Of a stretch of 64,000 nucleotides of DNA, positions 50,010-63,284 are shown piece after piece (the first letter of the stretch is position 1; the number at the start of each line of letters is the position of its first letter). The translations under genes and the position numbers were made by a program. This DNA comes from Eledone cirrhosa (taxonomy: Eukaryota), in the NCBI GenBank assembly GCA_964016885.1, contig OZ024743.1:308326001-308390000 (forward strand), in the 5' to 3' direction. The notes under the pieces were generated by a model. That model had not been told where the DNA came from, did not search any database, and saw only the letters and a program-made list of their open reading frames with translations.

Positions 50010-50264
50010 ATAATAATAAATTTGAAGACTAAAATCCCAAGCGGGTTCGATAAGGATAAATATATATCAAATATATAAGAACCGTAGAGCAAATATTTAT
50101 TAAAATAACAGATTAAAGTTTAAGCAAAGAATCGCTGCTTTCACCCTTAACGGGATCTTACGTTTTTTGAAATATCCACTTCTGCGTTTACAGATTGACT
50201 TTGTTAGTTTCAGAAGATCCTGTTAAGCAGCGATTCTTTGCTTAAACTTTAATCTGTTATTTTA

Positions 50265-50270
<6 letters not shown>
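50010..50270. mobile_element. Inverted pair of pLTR fragments of the CAGAAGA-HHR family
   Basis: 50010-50159 (-) joined directly to 50160-50270 (+). Confidence 0.8.
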
Positions 50271-50337
<67 letters not shown>

Positions 50338-50489
50338 CATACTTTTGCTCATATCTTCGTACTTACATGCACACACATTCTTTTACTCACATATACACAC
50401 ATTTCTTCTTAGCTTCGTACGGATATGTAACAAAATGCAATGTACAACAAAAACAATTGGAAGGAAAAAAAAAAAAAAAAAAATACAAT

Positions 50490-53400
50490 TCAGTTTATAT
50501 TACTGCATAGCTTACGGGGCCAATGCACCCTTCGCCCAGAATGGGTCGTAGTTCTGTGTGTTGATGGTGGGGGAGGGGAAGAAATAGGCCTGTGTGGCAA
50601 AGAAAAAGAGGGGGGCATTTGAGTTTCAAGTGTCATTGTGTCATTGTCCAGGTTTGCTCGTTTGAGACGATCAACGGAAACCGTTTCCCTGGAACCCCGA
50701 ATGTCCAGTGTGAAATGTTTGTCTGTGCGAGCAAGCACACGATAGGGTCCAGAGTACGGCCGTTGAAGAGGGGGTCTCACGGCGTCGTCTCTAACGAACA
50801 CATGGGTCCACAAGGCAATATCCCTTGGGACGGCAGTTTTTACAGTCTGCTTCCTAGTGCCCATCGGTGGTAGATCCTTGAAATAAGAGTGAAGCCGGGA
50901 CACGTAGGAAGCGGGGTCCTGCGAAGTCAGGTCAAAAGGGGCCAGCATTTGCCCCGGTAACGCCAGAGGCGTACCATAAACTAATTCGGCAGAGGAGAAC
51001 CCAAGGTCCACCTTTACCGTCGACCGAATACCCAACAATACAATGGGTAGGTACTCGCTCCAACGTGAAGAGTCCATGGAAGCCCTTAAGGAGGCTTTGA
51101 GCTGCCTGTGGAATCTTTCCACCATTCCGTTTGAGGCTGGGTGGTAAGCCGTGGTTCTTATTCGAGTAGCCCCCAGGATTTGGGTTAGCTCTCGGAAGAG
51201 GTTAGACTCGAATTGACGACCACGATCCGTTGTTATGGTGGTTGGTACACCGAAACGAGCGATCCACGAAGATACGAGGGTACGGGCTGTGGTTTCGGCG
51301 GTGATATCTGTTATAGGGACGGCTTCAGGCCAACGCGAAAAACGGTCAACAATCGTCAAAAGATACGAAAAACCACGACTAACCGGCCACGGGCCGACGA
51401 TGTCCACATCTTGCATCGGGGCAGGTGAAGGTTCCGAGAGGAGCCTTAACATGTCTATGAACTTTCGCTTGTTGGCAAGCGACACAGGAACGACACCAAG
51501 CAGCAATGTCACGTCTCATACCAGGCCAGAAAAATCTGGCTGTTATGAGTTTTACTGAGGCTGATACTCCTGGGTGAGAAATGCCATGTAAAGCGAGAAA
51601 CGCAGTTCGTCGATGTTCCACTGGGACTAGAGGTCGTGGTGAGTCCAACGAAACATCACACTCCTCGGAAGACGAAATCGATGCGATCGGCAGGCGAGAC
51701 AGCGCATCGGCCGCTGTATTCAAAGAACCCGGAATATGTTGAATGTCGTTCGTGAACTGTGAGATGAAGTCCAGATGTCTCGTTTCTCTGGGCGAGTATT
51801 TGTCTGCCTTAGTTCGAAGAGCAAACGTCAAGGGTTTATGATCAGTGAAAATGGTGAATGTTCTACCTTCAAGTACATGAGCAAAATGTTTCACTGATAA
51901 ATAAATTGCTAATAGCTCCCTTCCAAAGGTGCTATAGCGAGTTTCTGCAGGCTTTAACTTCCTCGAAAAGAACTCGAGTGGTTGCTGTACCCCATCACCC
52001 TTCTGCTGTAAGACTGCGCCCACGGCGCTGTCCGAAGCATCAACACAGAGCGATAGCTCGGCGTTGGGTACTGGGTGGGCGAGCAAAGACGCGTTCGCTA
52101 ACGCCTTTTTCACTTTTTTAAAATCATCAAGCTGCGTTTCATTTAAGGAAATGTCCATATTCTTACGCGGGCAACCCTTAAAAATCTCTGTCAACGAGAA
52201 CAGCAATTTGGAACAACCAGGTACGAATCGCCTATAAAAATTTACAAGGCCCAGGAATTGACGCAATTGACGCAGTGAACTTGGCGGAGGCAAATCCGAT
52301 ACTGCCTTAACCTTCTCAGGAAGAGGTCGAATACCATCGGCGTCAATCAGATGGCCTAAAAATGTTAGTGAAGTCGAGCCGAAAACACACTTGGAAGCAT
52401 TAATTCGAACATTATAGATCTGTAAACGACGAAATACGAGATCCAGATGCTTTGAATGCTGCTGAGGGGAAGAACTAGCAATCAACACGTCGTCGATATA
52501 CGTGTACACAAAATCCAGGCCCCGAGTAATATCATCCATAAATCGTTGGAAGGTACTTGCAGCGTTTCTAAGGCCGAAAAGCATAGTGAGGAACTCGAAC
52601 GATCCGAAAGGAGTGGCAATAGCAGTCTTTGGGATATCCTCCTCGTTAACCGGAATTTGGTTATAAGCGCGGATCAAATCAAGCTTAGAAAAGATTCTGC
52701 AACCCTGCAATGACGACGCAAAATCCTGCAAATGCGGGATTGGATAACGGTCAGGCACAGTAATCGCGTTTAAGCGTCGGTAGTCACCCGTCGGTCTCCA
52801 ATCCCCAGAAGATCTAGGTACCATATGCAGAGGCGATGCCCAAGGACTTGTGGAGCGCCAAATTATTCCCAATTCCAGCATGTGGTCGAATTCAAGACGT
52901 GCAGCTTTCAACTTCTCTGTAGACAATCTTCGAGGACGTGAGAAAACAGGTGGACCTGTAGTGGATATGAAGTGTTCAATCGCATGGTCCGGGCTAGTTA
53001 TTCGTAACTTTCCCTGCGTCAACTGAGGGAATGAATGCAGCAGGCTTTGATACTGGTTGCCCACTTCAGCCAAGAAAAAGGAAGGGCTGACGGTGGCGAC
53101 GTCCGGCTCTGAACCCTCGAAAGAAAGGCCTGTTTCAGCATCAACAAGGCGTTGTCTGCGAATGTCCACCAACAAGGAAAAATGGTGGAGAAAATCCGCT
53201 CCCAAAATGGCGTATGGCAAGTCGGCGACAGTAAACTTCCACCTCAAATCACGCCGCAAATTTTTTAACCGAAGAGGAAGCGAAATTTGCCCATACGTTC
53301 GAATGGCCGTGTGGTTGACTGCTCGTAGATTTATATCTGCTTCGGCTGGGCTTTTTTTGAGATAACTGACTGGCCAAATACTCAGCGACGCGCCAGTATC

Positions 53401-53505
53401 GACAAGGAAAAACTTTTTTGACCGCAGGTCGTATACGAGGCGCCTGTTGGCCAAATTAATGGCAGAGCCAAATGAGAGGCTCTTGTCCTGGTGCCGAAAA
53501 GGCAA
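50490..53505 (-). mobile_element. pol: Ty3/Gypsy pol relic: PR-RT-RNase H-IN, frameshifted, no gag or LTR seen
   Basis: ORF 51379-53505: LVDTGAS, YIDD, VDASD, HGISHPG..CVAC; ORF 50490-51512: [27 protein letters not shown]. Confidence 0.95.
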
Positions 53506-53509
53506 AGAG

Positions 53510-56213
53510 AGAAAGGAAGCTTAAAGTTGTTAGTTTTATAGGGCTCTGACCGGAAGTTGCAGAAAGGGTTCCACTTCCCGTCTAGATCCCAATCAAAACA
53601 AGGGAGACAACCGCTACAAACTCCTCATCCTTTCTATAAAATGGTGACCCAACTTAAAAGAATACATCCTTCTCACAAAAAAATTTCGACCCGACAATAA
53701 CGAACAATTTTTTCTTTCTTCACACATGGCATTCTTGTCCAACATGGCGTCTCACTTTCTGCTTCCTCACTGGTTGCCGCGCTTTCACTTTGGCCTACAC
53801 AAGCGCACTCTCTACTGTGACAATGACACTACGGAACTTTGAAATTTTTTTACATGTTTTGTTCACAGCTATTGCGGTGAAGTTTACGAACATCTATCTC
53901 CTGCAATGGCAAGTAATTCACTACCGGTGTTTGGCGGTGATGTGCGGATCTGGCTTGCACAGATGGAATCGTTTTTCCTCCCACATAATTTATCGTCTGA
54001 CTCTAGACAGTTCCATCTTTTGCTGAGTGCCATTCCTGCTTCCTTAATATCAACGGTTAAGGACTTAATCACCGACCCGTCCTGGAAGCTACGTATAACA
54101 GCGTAAAAAAAGAAATTCTCAACCGTACTTCTGTCTCGGCGGAAAGGAAGTTCTGTACTCTTGTGAACGATGTGCATCTAGGCGACTGTAGACTTACCCA
54201 GCTCTTACGGAGGATGAGAGAGCTTGCGGAAGACGCACGAGCTGACAGCGCCATGATCAAACAACTTTTTTTTCTCTAGGCTGCCTCCTAATGTCCAAGC
54301 AATTTTGACAGCAATGACAGAAACCAGTTCGGTGCATCAGTTGGCTTCATTCGCTGATAAAATCTTGGAGTACTCCGGCAATTCTACCACTGCTACCCCA
54401 TCACGACTTGCAACAAATTCTTCACCTTCGCCTGTCGCATCGGTTTCACCTAGCGCCATCTCGACCAACGAAGCAACACTCAAGACCATCCGTGACCTAA
54501 CGAAGGAGGTACAGCCTCGTTTATCCAGATCACGATCTCCCCGACAATCTTCACATCGTCGTTTCCAACCTTCACCATCGCGATCGTGCTGGTACCATAG
54601 CCCTTACGGGGCCTCTGCTCATAAATGTATCCAGCCTTGTTCTTTTTCACACCAGGGAAACGAAATAACGGAGAATTAAGCACGACGTTTTCTCCGCAAT
54701 CTTGTACTGAAAGTCATGCATTTTTCATCATAGATTCCTTCTCGCACGCACGCTGCCTCATCGACACGGGTGCGTCTTGCAGCATTTGGCCTTTAAAACA
54801 CTTGAGAGAGAAACCTCCTCTCTCACAGATACCACTACAAGCTATAAACCACTCTGCTATCTCTATGTTTGGACAAATCTCTCGCTCTTTGGACCTGGAT
54901 TTACGTAGAGATTTCTCATGGATTTTCACCATAGCTGATTTGCCATATCCTATTCTGGGTGCAGAATTTTTGCATCATTACGATCTTATGGTTGATATGC
55001 GGACACGTCGTTTATTGGATTGGGCGCAACTACGAATCTGTCTGCGCCTAGACGTACTTCAGTAATCCAGTCTATCTGTCCAGTCTTCTACATCGCTGCT
55101 TCGGATGACCCGTATCATGCGCTTTTGCATTCCTTTCCGGAATTAACGAACCTGAACTTTGTGGTAGATACCTCTACTCACTCTACCACGCATTTTATTG
55201 AGACCAAGGGTGTTCCAGTTTTTTCACGCCCGCGTCGCCTTTCTCCGGAAAAATTGAAAGCGGCTAAGGCAGAGTTTAATCATATGCTGCAGTTGGGTAT
55301 CATTCGCCCTTCTTCCAGTCCGTGAGCCTCGCCTTTGCACATGGTGCCGAAACGTTTGGGAGACTGGCGTCCCACTGGAGATTTTCGGCGATTAAATTCG
55401 ATCACCGTGCCAGATCGTTACCCAATTCCTCACATCCATGATTTCGCTTCTTCGCTTCACGGATCTACTATCATTTCGAAATTGGATTTGATCAGAGCAT
55501 ATAATCAAATTCCTGTGAATCCTGCGGACATTCCTAAAACACGTTTCGGTGCATTCGAGTTTTTAACAATGCCTTTTGGATTGCGCAATGCTACTAGTAC
55601 CTTCCAGCGATTTATGGATGAAGTTGTCCGCAACCTAAATGTTGTATATTGTTACATCGACGATATTCTCATCGCGAGTGCTTCACCGGAGGACCATATC
55701 TCGCACCTCCGCCAGCTGTTTGGACGATTTAGGCGGTACCAAGTTCGTATTAACCCTGTGAAGTGTATTTTCGGCGCTGCTTCACACGTCTTTTTAGGCT
55801 ACGTGATTAACTCTGAAAGAATATTCCCACTTCCTGAGAAAGTGAAGGCTCTTCAGGAACTCCTTCCGCCTACTTCCTTGCGAAAGCTGCGACAGTTCCT
55901 GGGCCTCCTAAATTATTATCGACGGTTTATCCCGCATTGCGCAGAACTCTTAGTTCCACTATCTGATCTTCTGCATAACAGAAAGAAGAACAACGAACCA
56001 ATCGCTTTGGGACCCATGCAACTCGAAGCATTCTCCAAAGCTAAACAGAATTTAGCAAACGCATCTCTGCTTGTACACCCTGTGTCTGGTGCCCAGTTTT
56101 CGCTGGTTGTGGATGCATCAAGCACAGAGGTAGGTGCAGTATTGCAACAGCATCACCAACAACAGCTTCAACCTTTTGCTTTCTTTTTAAAGCAGCTAAA
56201 GCCCGCCGAATAA
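53510..56213 (+). mobile_element. Ty3/Gypsy relic: partial LTR, tRNA-Trp-type PBS, broken gag-PR-RT-partial RNase H
   Basis: TGGTGACCC at 53642; gag WLAQMESFF and CWYH..G..A..C..PC; IDTGASCS; YIDD; VDASS; several stops and frameshifts. Confidence 0.93.
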
Positions 56214-56289
56214 TCTACAAAAGTCAGGAAAGTGAACAGTGTATGAGTCATGATACACACACACACACACGTATGTGTGTGTGCATGTG

Positions 56290-56455
56290 TATGTAGGGGG
56301 AATATCAGGTGTAGTGTTGGTGAATTTCAGGAATCATGGAAGTTTTGAAGGATGCAGTGTCCCAACAGCTAACAACTGGTGCATATAGTTTGTTCCATGC
56401 TTCAGTAACACTGAGCATGAACAAATGTTTCTGAAAGTCATATTGAATACAAAAA
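56290..56455 (-). mobile_element. CR1 LINE extreme C-terminal fragment
   Basis: Minus strand DFQKHLFMLSVTEAWNKL..VVSCWDTASFK. Confidence 0.65.
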
Positions 56456-56520
56456 TGATTTTTAAGATTAAAACAAAAGAATCATGAGCTCCTCTGCAAG
56501 ATCGGAACGTCGGCGGCCCA

Positions 56521-56671
56521 TCGGAGGAAGGAGCCCTGTGAGGTGAGGTGGCTGTTGCAGTGGGTGCCACTGGCCATTGTTCACGGGAACGCTTTTGCAG
56601 TCATGTCCGCGAGGTACAGCCCCTTTACTGCTGCACCCAAGGCCCAGAGCCCTAACATCCTCCCCCTCTAC
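56521..56671 (+). mobile_element. Possible PPT plus short LTR
   Basis: ggaggaaggagccc followed by TGTGAGG..CTACA. Confidence 0.3.
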
Positions 56672-57083
56672 ATTATTCTGTGACACTAGAGTCCTTGCCA
56701 TTCCTTTACTTTTCCAGGGGTTTTTTTCTCTTTTTTTCTTTATATTTTCCTATTCTACATTCCATTCTTCTCAATCTAAATATTTTTTTCCTTTTTCTAA
56801 TTAACTATATTTACATGATATATTCCATAAATAAAATCAAAGAAAGAATTGAGGATTGGTTGTAAATAGTTGACAGATAACAATTTGGGAGAAACTGAAG
56901 CTAAGGGGAGGCACAATACCTGCAAACAAAACATACAGAAAATAGCTAATAATACATTGTTTTGTTTTTTTAAATTAGAATTCCTTTGGGTTTACTTTCA
57001 ACAAAAGATATATTTACAAAATATAGAAAAATAAAACATGCCAAAAAAAAAAAGCCGATACCTCTAACAACTTCGACATCACA

Positions 57084-58511
57084 ATGGGAGCATCCGATTC
57101 ATCCCAATTGACTGATTTAATTGGTATCTTTATTTTGAACTCTTTGAGTCGGAAAATTCCTCAACTTCGCGGTGGAATTTATCGTGACGATGGACTCTTT
57201 ACTATCTTAAATTGCAATATAGTTAACCTTAATATTATTAAGAACAATATACGTAATCTCTTTAACCAACATAACCTAAAAATTGAATTTGATAACAGTA
57301 TCAAACTAGCTAATTTCTTGGATGTATCTCTTAATCTTGACACTGGCCTATATTACCCTTACCATAAAAACAATGAGAACCTAAATTATGTTAACTTTAA
57401 ATCTAACCATCCTACTAATATCAAGAATGCTATAGTTAGTAATATTGGAAAAAGAATATCTAACCTATCTTCTAATAAAAACATCTTTGATGCTAACGCC
57501 AATTACTATAATAACGCACTTTCTAAAGCCGGCTATCCTGATAAAATCAAATATAGTAAAGAAACAAATTCTAAAAGAACTTACAGTAGAATAATTAATC
57601 ATGATCATTCCAATAACTTTAATAAAAGACCTAGATACAAAAACATAATCTGGTATAATGCTCCTTTCTCCATCTCTATTAATAACAATATTCCTAAATT
57701 ATTCTTTAGTGCCTTAAATAAATGCTTCCCTCCCTCACATATCTATAGTAAAATATTTAACAAACACACCATAAAATTTTCTTATTCTACATCCTCCAAT
57801 ATTTCCAACATTATCTCTAAACACAACAATAAAATACTAAATACTAAATCTCTTCCTTCCAACACTGAATGTCATAATAATAGTAATAGTACTCCCGACG
57901 TCATTGTAAACCCTAGGCTAATTTCTGCAAACCCAAATACAACGTCAAACACAACTTCGCTAAATGTTCATAATCCAACTCTAAATCAAGAAACTATTAT
58001 TCCTATCGCAAACAACTTCTCCAATCCAATTCCTTCTATAGATAACACTAGGTCACTCATTAATAATCTCTCTAATTGCAATTGCAATTGCCCTATTAAA
58101 AATAAATGTCCTCTCAACAACCATTGTCTTGATAAAAACTTAATTTATGAATGTAAAGTTATAACTAACACCAATTCCTTCACCTATTTTGGCTCCACTT
58201 CCACCTCTTTTAAAGCTCGTCTCTATAATCATCATTCATCTTTTAAATACAAACTTAAAATAACCAACACGGCTCTCTCAGAACTCATATGGTCCTTGAA
58301 AGACAAAAACATTAAATATACCATCTTTTGGAAGAAGGTTTCTTCTGCGTCTTCACACTTGAACAGTTCTCTATCTAAAATCTGCAATCTCTGCCTAAAT
58401 GAAAAATTTACCATTATCTCTAATCTAGATTCTATAATAAATAGACGCACTGACTTGTTTTCTATCTGCTTGCATAAATTCCATAAAACATTTCACAAAG
58501 TATACAGCTAA
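57084..58511 (+). CDS. PLE reverse transcriptase (C-terminal half) plus GIY-YIG endonuclease, uninterrupted for 475 aa
   Basis: (FDIT)MGASDS, IYRDDGL, NFLDVSLNL, SNHP, CNC..CPL..C, NLIYEC..TYFGST..FKARLYNH, CNLCLNEK, CLH. Confidence 0.93.
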   Translation: MGASDSSQLTDLIGIFILNSLSRKIPQLRGGIYRDDGLFTILNCNIVNLNIIKNNIRNLFNQHNLKIEFDNSIKLANFLDVSLNLDTGLYYPYHKNNENLNYVNFKSNHPTNIKNAIVSNIGKRISNLSSNKNIFDANANYYNNALSKAGYPDKIKYSKETNSKRTYSRIINHDHSNNFNKRPRYKNIIWYNAPFSISINNNIPKLFFSALNKCFPPSHIYSKIFNKHTIKFSYSTSSNISNIISKHNNKILNTKSLPSNTECHNNSNSTPDVIVNPRLISANPNTTSNTTSLNVHNPTLNQETIIPIANNFSNPIPSIDNTRSLINNLSNCNCNCPIKNKCPLNNHCLDKNLIYECKVITNTNSFTYFGSTSTSFKARLYNHHSSFKYKLKITNTALSELIWSLKDKNIKYTIFWKKVSSASSHLNSSLSKICNLCLNEKFTIISNLDSIINRRTDLFSICLHKFHKTFHKVYS

Positions 58512-59525
58512 TATTCAATTCTTTATCAATTTAGAATCTTTTTCTCAAAGGCACATATACATACACCTCTTTTAAAATATACCCATCTTCCTACCTTATT
58601 TCAAAGGGTATTATACACTATAATACTTGTTTACTCATTACCCTTACTCTATATCACCTTGTAAAATCCTTCGTAAACATATACATTTGTTTTGACGCCA
58701 GACTATTCATCCTTAATTCATTATTTTTTTCTCCCTATCATCTAACTCATTCTCAATACATATTAACATTTTCTTTTTCTTCGCACATATTATCAATTCC
58801 TTCAATATACAAACCTTAACTTCACATTATTTTTCTCAAATCCTTCAATATACAAACCTTAACTTTACATTTTTTCTCTTCGTTAATTTTCAAATTTCCA
58901 TAATACTTGTAGACTCTTTCTACACCACCCATATTTATCACTTCCTTTTCCTCTCCTCTAATATCTAACCCCTAATCTGTACCTTTTCTCACTCTTGCCT
59001 AACATAGAATCAATTATTACATAATACAACACATTCTTACTCTATATCACCTTATAAAAATCCTTCGTAAACATATACATTTTTTTTTTTGACTTTAGAA
59101 TATTCATCTGCAATTCATTATTCTCTTCTCTCTATCATCAAACTCATTATTCTCAATACATATTAACTCCCTCTCCTTCTTCGCACATATTTTTCCCTTC
59201 GTTAATTTTCAAATTCTTTTAATTTATACATTATCTTCCAACGGTTTTCAACCTCTCTATGTAAAACAATATATCTTTCTCAGTTATAAAAACTATCTCT
59301 CTCTCTCTCTCTATCACCCATCTCTCCTCCTATCTCATCCTTCCTCATTATATTCCTCCCTCTCCACCTTCACTCTCATCTCCTCCTCTTTTTTCATCCT
59401 TTCCACCCCCCCCTCTAAATAAAATATTTTTCCCAATATCACACATCAATCTAAAACTACTTCTCATATGTTGATTTAAAACTGCACTATCCACAAGTGT
59501 TTTTTAGCCTTCATATCATGTCCTG

Positions 59526-59592
59526 TTTTATCTGATGAAAACACAAATATTATTGCATGATGATGTTTGTTTTTGAAATGCGCATAATAAAA
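59526..59592 (+). ncRNA. Minimal type I hammerhead ribozyme with palindromic stem III
   Basis: ttttat-CTGATGA-(acaaatatta..tgatgtttgt stem II)-GAAA-tgcgca-TA-ataaaa. Confidence 0.85.
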
Positions 59593-59640
59593 TACATGGA
59601 ACTCCTTTAACCATCTTTTGTTCTTATATATTATATATAT

Positions 59641-60817
59641 ATCATCATCATCATCATCATCAACGTTTAACGTCCGTGTTCCACGCTTGCATGGGTTTGG
59701 ACGGGGGTTTTCCCACTTGAGGCAAGAGTGATTGTCTTGCTCGCATAGGACTGTCTGGCAGGTTTTCTACAGTTGGATGCCCTTCCTAACACCAACCACA
59801 TTTACACTGTGGAACTGGGAGGTTTTTACCGTGTTGCCTACACGGCCACATTACAGCGTGGACTGTGTGTTTTTTTGTTATGACACCTACACGACCCCAT
59901 TTGTTTCGGGCTGGATGTTGTGGTACCAACATAACTTTACATTGAATGGGGTGGGGGTAGTGGGATGGGGGTGTATTTTGTTAGAGGTGCCTACTGACTG
60001 TAGTAGGTTTCACTTTGTACTTAGGTAAGGCGGGTCTTCTCTATTACTGTGTAGCGCCAAAGATCTCGGTCCAGTGACATTGTCTTGGAGAGGTGTAAGT
60101 GTGTGAGGTCGGAATTTATCAAGTCATCCCAGGTTTTTCTGGGTCTGCCTACTCCGTGGCTACCGTCTATTTTTATTGCCCTGCGCTTTTTTATACAGCT
60201 GTCGTCTTTCATGCGCATCACGTGACCATACCAACGTAGTCTTCTCTCGAGTAAACAACATCTGATCCCTCGTATTTCTAATTTCTCCCTTAGTTCGTTT
60301 ATGCTTTGCCGTTCACGTATATTACTATTACACATCCAGCGGAGCATGCAAGCTTCGTTTCTCTCCAGTCTGCGTATATCTTCTGCACACAATGCCCAGG
60401 TCTCACTGCCATGTAACATTGCTGTTCGTATGCAGGCATCATACAACCTGCCTTTCATTTTTAGAGAGAACCCTTTTGCAGCTAATAGTGGTATAAGCTT
60501 TCTGAACTTTTTCCATCCCGTTCTGACTCTAGCTACTGTACTTTCAGAGCACCCTCCCCCACTGCTGATTTTATCACCCAGGTAACGGAAGCTGTCCACT
60601 ATTTCTATAGAACCATCTGTGCAATGGAATGAGTTAGTATTTTGTGGGCACTTGCTGCTACTTATTGCACCAGAGCAACCGGCCACATATAAAATCTATA
60701 TTCTTAGTTAGCTTACCTGTGATCCCACTACATCTTTTATGTACCCATACTTTGCATTTGGGACATAAAATGGAGTTTCTACCTACTCCTTTCCTACAGA
60801 CTGAGCATGGCCATTTC
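59641..60817 (-). mobile_element. RTE LINE relic (PHD-type) with ~380-bp 3' UTR
   Basis: ORFs 60021-60686 and 60658-60867 ([14 protein letters not shown]; FRYLG; RRLRWYGHVMR); (cat)n tail at 59641. Confidence 0.92.
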
Positions 60818-61934
60818 CCATATATATACACACATATATATATATATATACACATATATATATACATATATACACATATATATATACATCATCATCATCA
60901 TTTTACGTCCACTTTTCCCTGCTTGCAAGGGTGGGACGTATATATATATATATACATATATATACATATATACACATATACATACATATACACATATACA
61001 TATATATACATATACATACATACACACATGCATATATGTATAGACATACACATGTGCGCATATATAGGAAAGCAGCAGTGGTAAAACAGAGGATCCTGTG
61101 CACATAGATGGATGCCATGAAGAGGTTAAGTGTTACAGTAAGTGTTCATACTTAGACTGACAGTTGTCCAGACCGAAGACCACTTGGAATATTATAGACA
61201 AACGGTCAAGGTGACCCAATTAGACATTCCAAGGTGGTCTAAGTGCAATCCCTAAGATAAATTATTTAGTTTTGTGGAAAACCACTATGACAGATGTTCA
61301 AACGAAAGAAGTTCAATTTAAATAAAATTAACAAAGCGTGGCAAACAATTTTTTAGTTTATATGAAGCATTCTGAAATATGTGGTTTGGAAAAGCCAATA
61401 AAATGCAAGTTTGAAATAAAAGAGTGAAAACTTGAGTCGAAAAACAAAGAAAAGCAACAGTTTAAACTTATCTCTTAAATCCTGTGATGATTTTGATCTA
61501 ACTGAAAATATCTAAAAACAGGTTTGTTAATTCAAATGTTTCTCGTATCTTTACTATTGGTTGTGTTATAGTGAACATTTTTCAGGAGAGATTTTCATTT
61601 TTAATATGATGCATTGGGCTGTTTTAAACTTTGTAAGAATATCTTGCTAATACAATTTCATGTGGCACAGGATGATAAGAGCTATATTTCATATTTTGAT
61701 ATTATGACCTTGAAATATCATGAAATATGTTCAAAGGGTAAACTGTTGTTTTGTATCGTTCTTCTTATTTCACTCTACATTAGTTTTCACGTCTGTATTT
61801 CTTATTTACATTGTTCCACCAGCTTTTCTAGAACAATCTTAACAAATTTTATATTTGTTAGAAAACAGTGATATCACTGTCCCTGGAGTTTTCAATATTA
61901 ATACATATATATATTATTATTATGATGATGTGAA

Positions 61935-62245
61935 GGAGTGTGACTTATTAGTTAGAGCATTGTGAGTTTGATTCGTGGACTGGGCGATACATTGTGTCCT
62001 TGGGCAAGACACTTTATTTCATGTTACTCCAGTTCCCTCAGCTGAAGAAATGAGTAGCGACGTCACTAGTGCCAAGCTGTATTGGCTGTGGCCTTTCCCT
62101 TGGACAATATTGGTGGCATGGAGAGGGAAGGCTGGTATGCAAGGGTGAGTGCTGGTCTTTCACAAAAGCACATTGCCTGGGCTTGTGCGTCAGATGGGAA
62201 GTTTCTAGGTGCAAATCTCATGGTCATTCATGAGCAAAGGGAGTA
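61935..62245 (+). mobile_element. Third SINE family (CORE domain, different tail)
   Basis: tgtgtccttgggcaagacactttatttc..cagttccctcagctgaagaaatgag. Confidence 0.7.
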
Positions 62246-62264
62246 TTTTTATATATTATTATTA

Positions 62265-62622
62265 GGGTTGGACGCCATGCTTTCTAGCATAGTTACGTCC
62301 CTTTACAGTCTGAGTTCAAATCCCGCCGAGGTTAACTTTGCCTTTCATCCTTACAGGGTCAATAAAATAAAGCACCAGTAATGTACTGGGTAATTGCTGG
62401 CCTTGTGCCTAAAGTAGAAAAATTATTATGTTAGAGCAGGGTGGTGGATTGGCAGTATCGGTAGAGGGTCGGACGCCATGCTTTGACGCATAGAGTTACG
62501 GCCCTTGCCTTTCTGAGTTCAAATCCCGTCGAGGTTAACTTTGCCTTTCATCCTTATGGGGGTCGACAAAATAAAGTACTGGGATAATTGATGGCCTTGT
62601 GCCAAAAGTAGAAACAATTATT
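62265..62622 (+). mobile_element. Two tandem copies of the second SINE family
   Basis: Match 42648-42830. Confidence 0.8.
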
Positions 62623-62625
62623 AGA

Positions 62626-62676
62626 GCATCTGAAGGAGTTGAATGTGTTTATGTCAACGAAACTGTTTGATAATGC
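62626..62676 (+). ncRNA. Degenerate HHR candidate
   Basis: gcat-CTGAAGG-a.gttga..tcaac-GAAA-ctgtttga-TA-atgc. Confidence 0.35.
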
Positions 62677-63099
62677 ATAGATAAGTCAAACTGTTAACAA
62701 ATATATATATGAGCTGAACAAAATATAAACTTGATAATATCCACCTCAATGACAGAGGATTGGTAATATGGAGTTTTTATACAAGACATGAACAGAAAAA
62801 AAATTCAAAAAATAATAAAAATAAAGTTAAAAAATAACTTTCTAGAATTTGCCAAAAGTAACAAATTAAAAAAATCTTATATTACAACAAAACTCAAAAA
62901 TCTATGATAATGATGTTCCGGATATTTTTTTATCTGTCACATTGAACACTAGAATCTCACAAAGAATATTTTTTTAATTTGTTGGTGACAGTGCAGGCAA
63001 TACTGTTGACGTTTCACTGCTACCATCATTACCAACGTTATTTTTCTAATTCAAGAAAGTGTTTAAATATAAGTTTGAAAGCAGAGGCAACAGAGAGGA

Positions 63100-63284
63100 A
63101 TTCAAGCTAGATCCTGTCAACAAAATCTCCATATGGTTTCAATACACAATACGTCTCTGATTTCCGAATAGCTAAATGTCAGCAGAAGGGCACCAAGGAG
63201 TCATGACCTGGATGCAGCCTGACCCCCTTAGAGTATAAGAAGTTAAGGGGTTTCTTCTCTGAAAACTTGCTGTCCAGCTCTCCA
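63100..63284 (-). other. Candidate host (terminal) exon
   Basis: Minus-strand acceptor-like tttattttgttttag at ~63300-63285 before GC-richer unique sequence; no recognisable product. Confidence 0.25.

Larger units (their letters stand above)
57055..59630 (+). mobile_element. 5'-truncated Penelope-like element with long 3' region and terminal HHR
   Basis: RT plus GIY-YIG ORF; HHR at 59526-59592; ends in a TA-rich tract. Confidence 0.95.
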
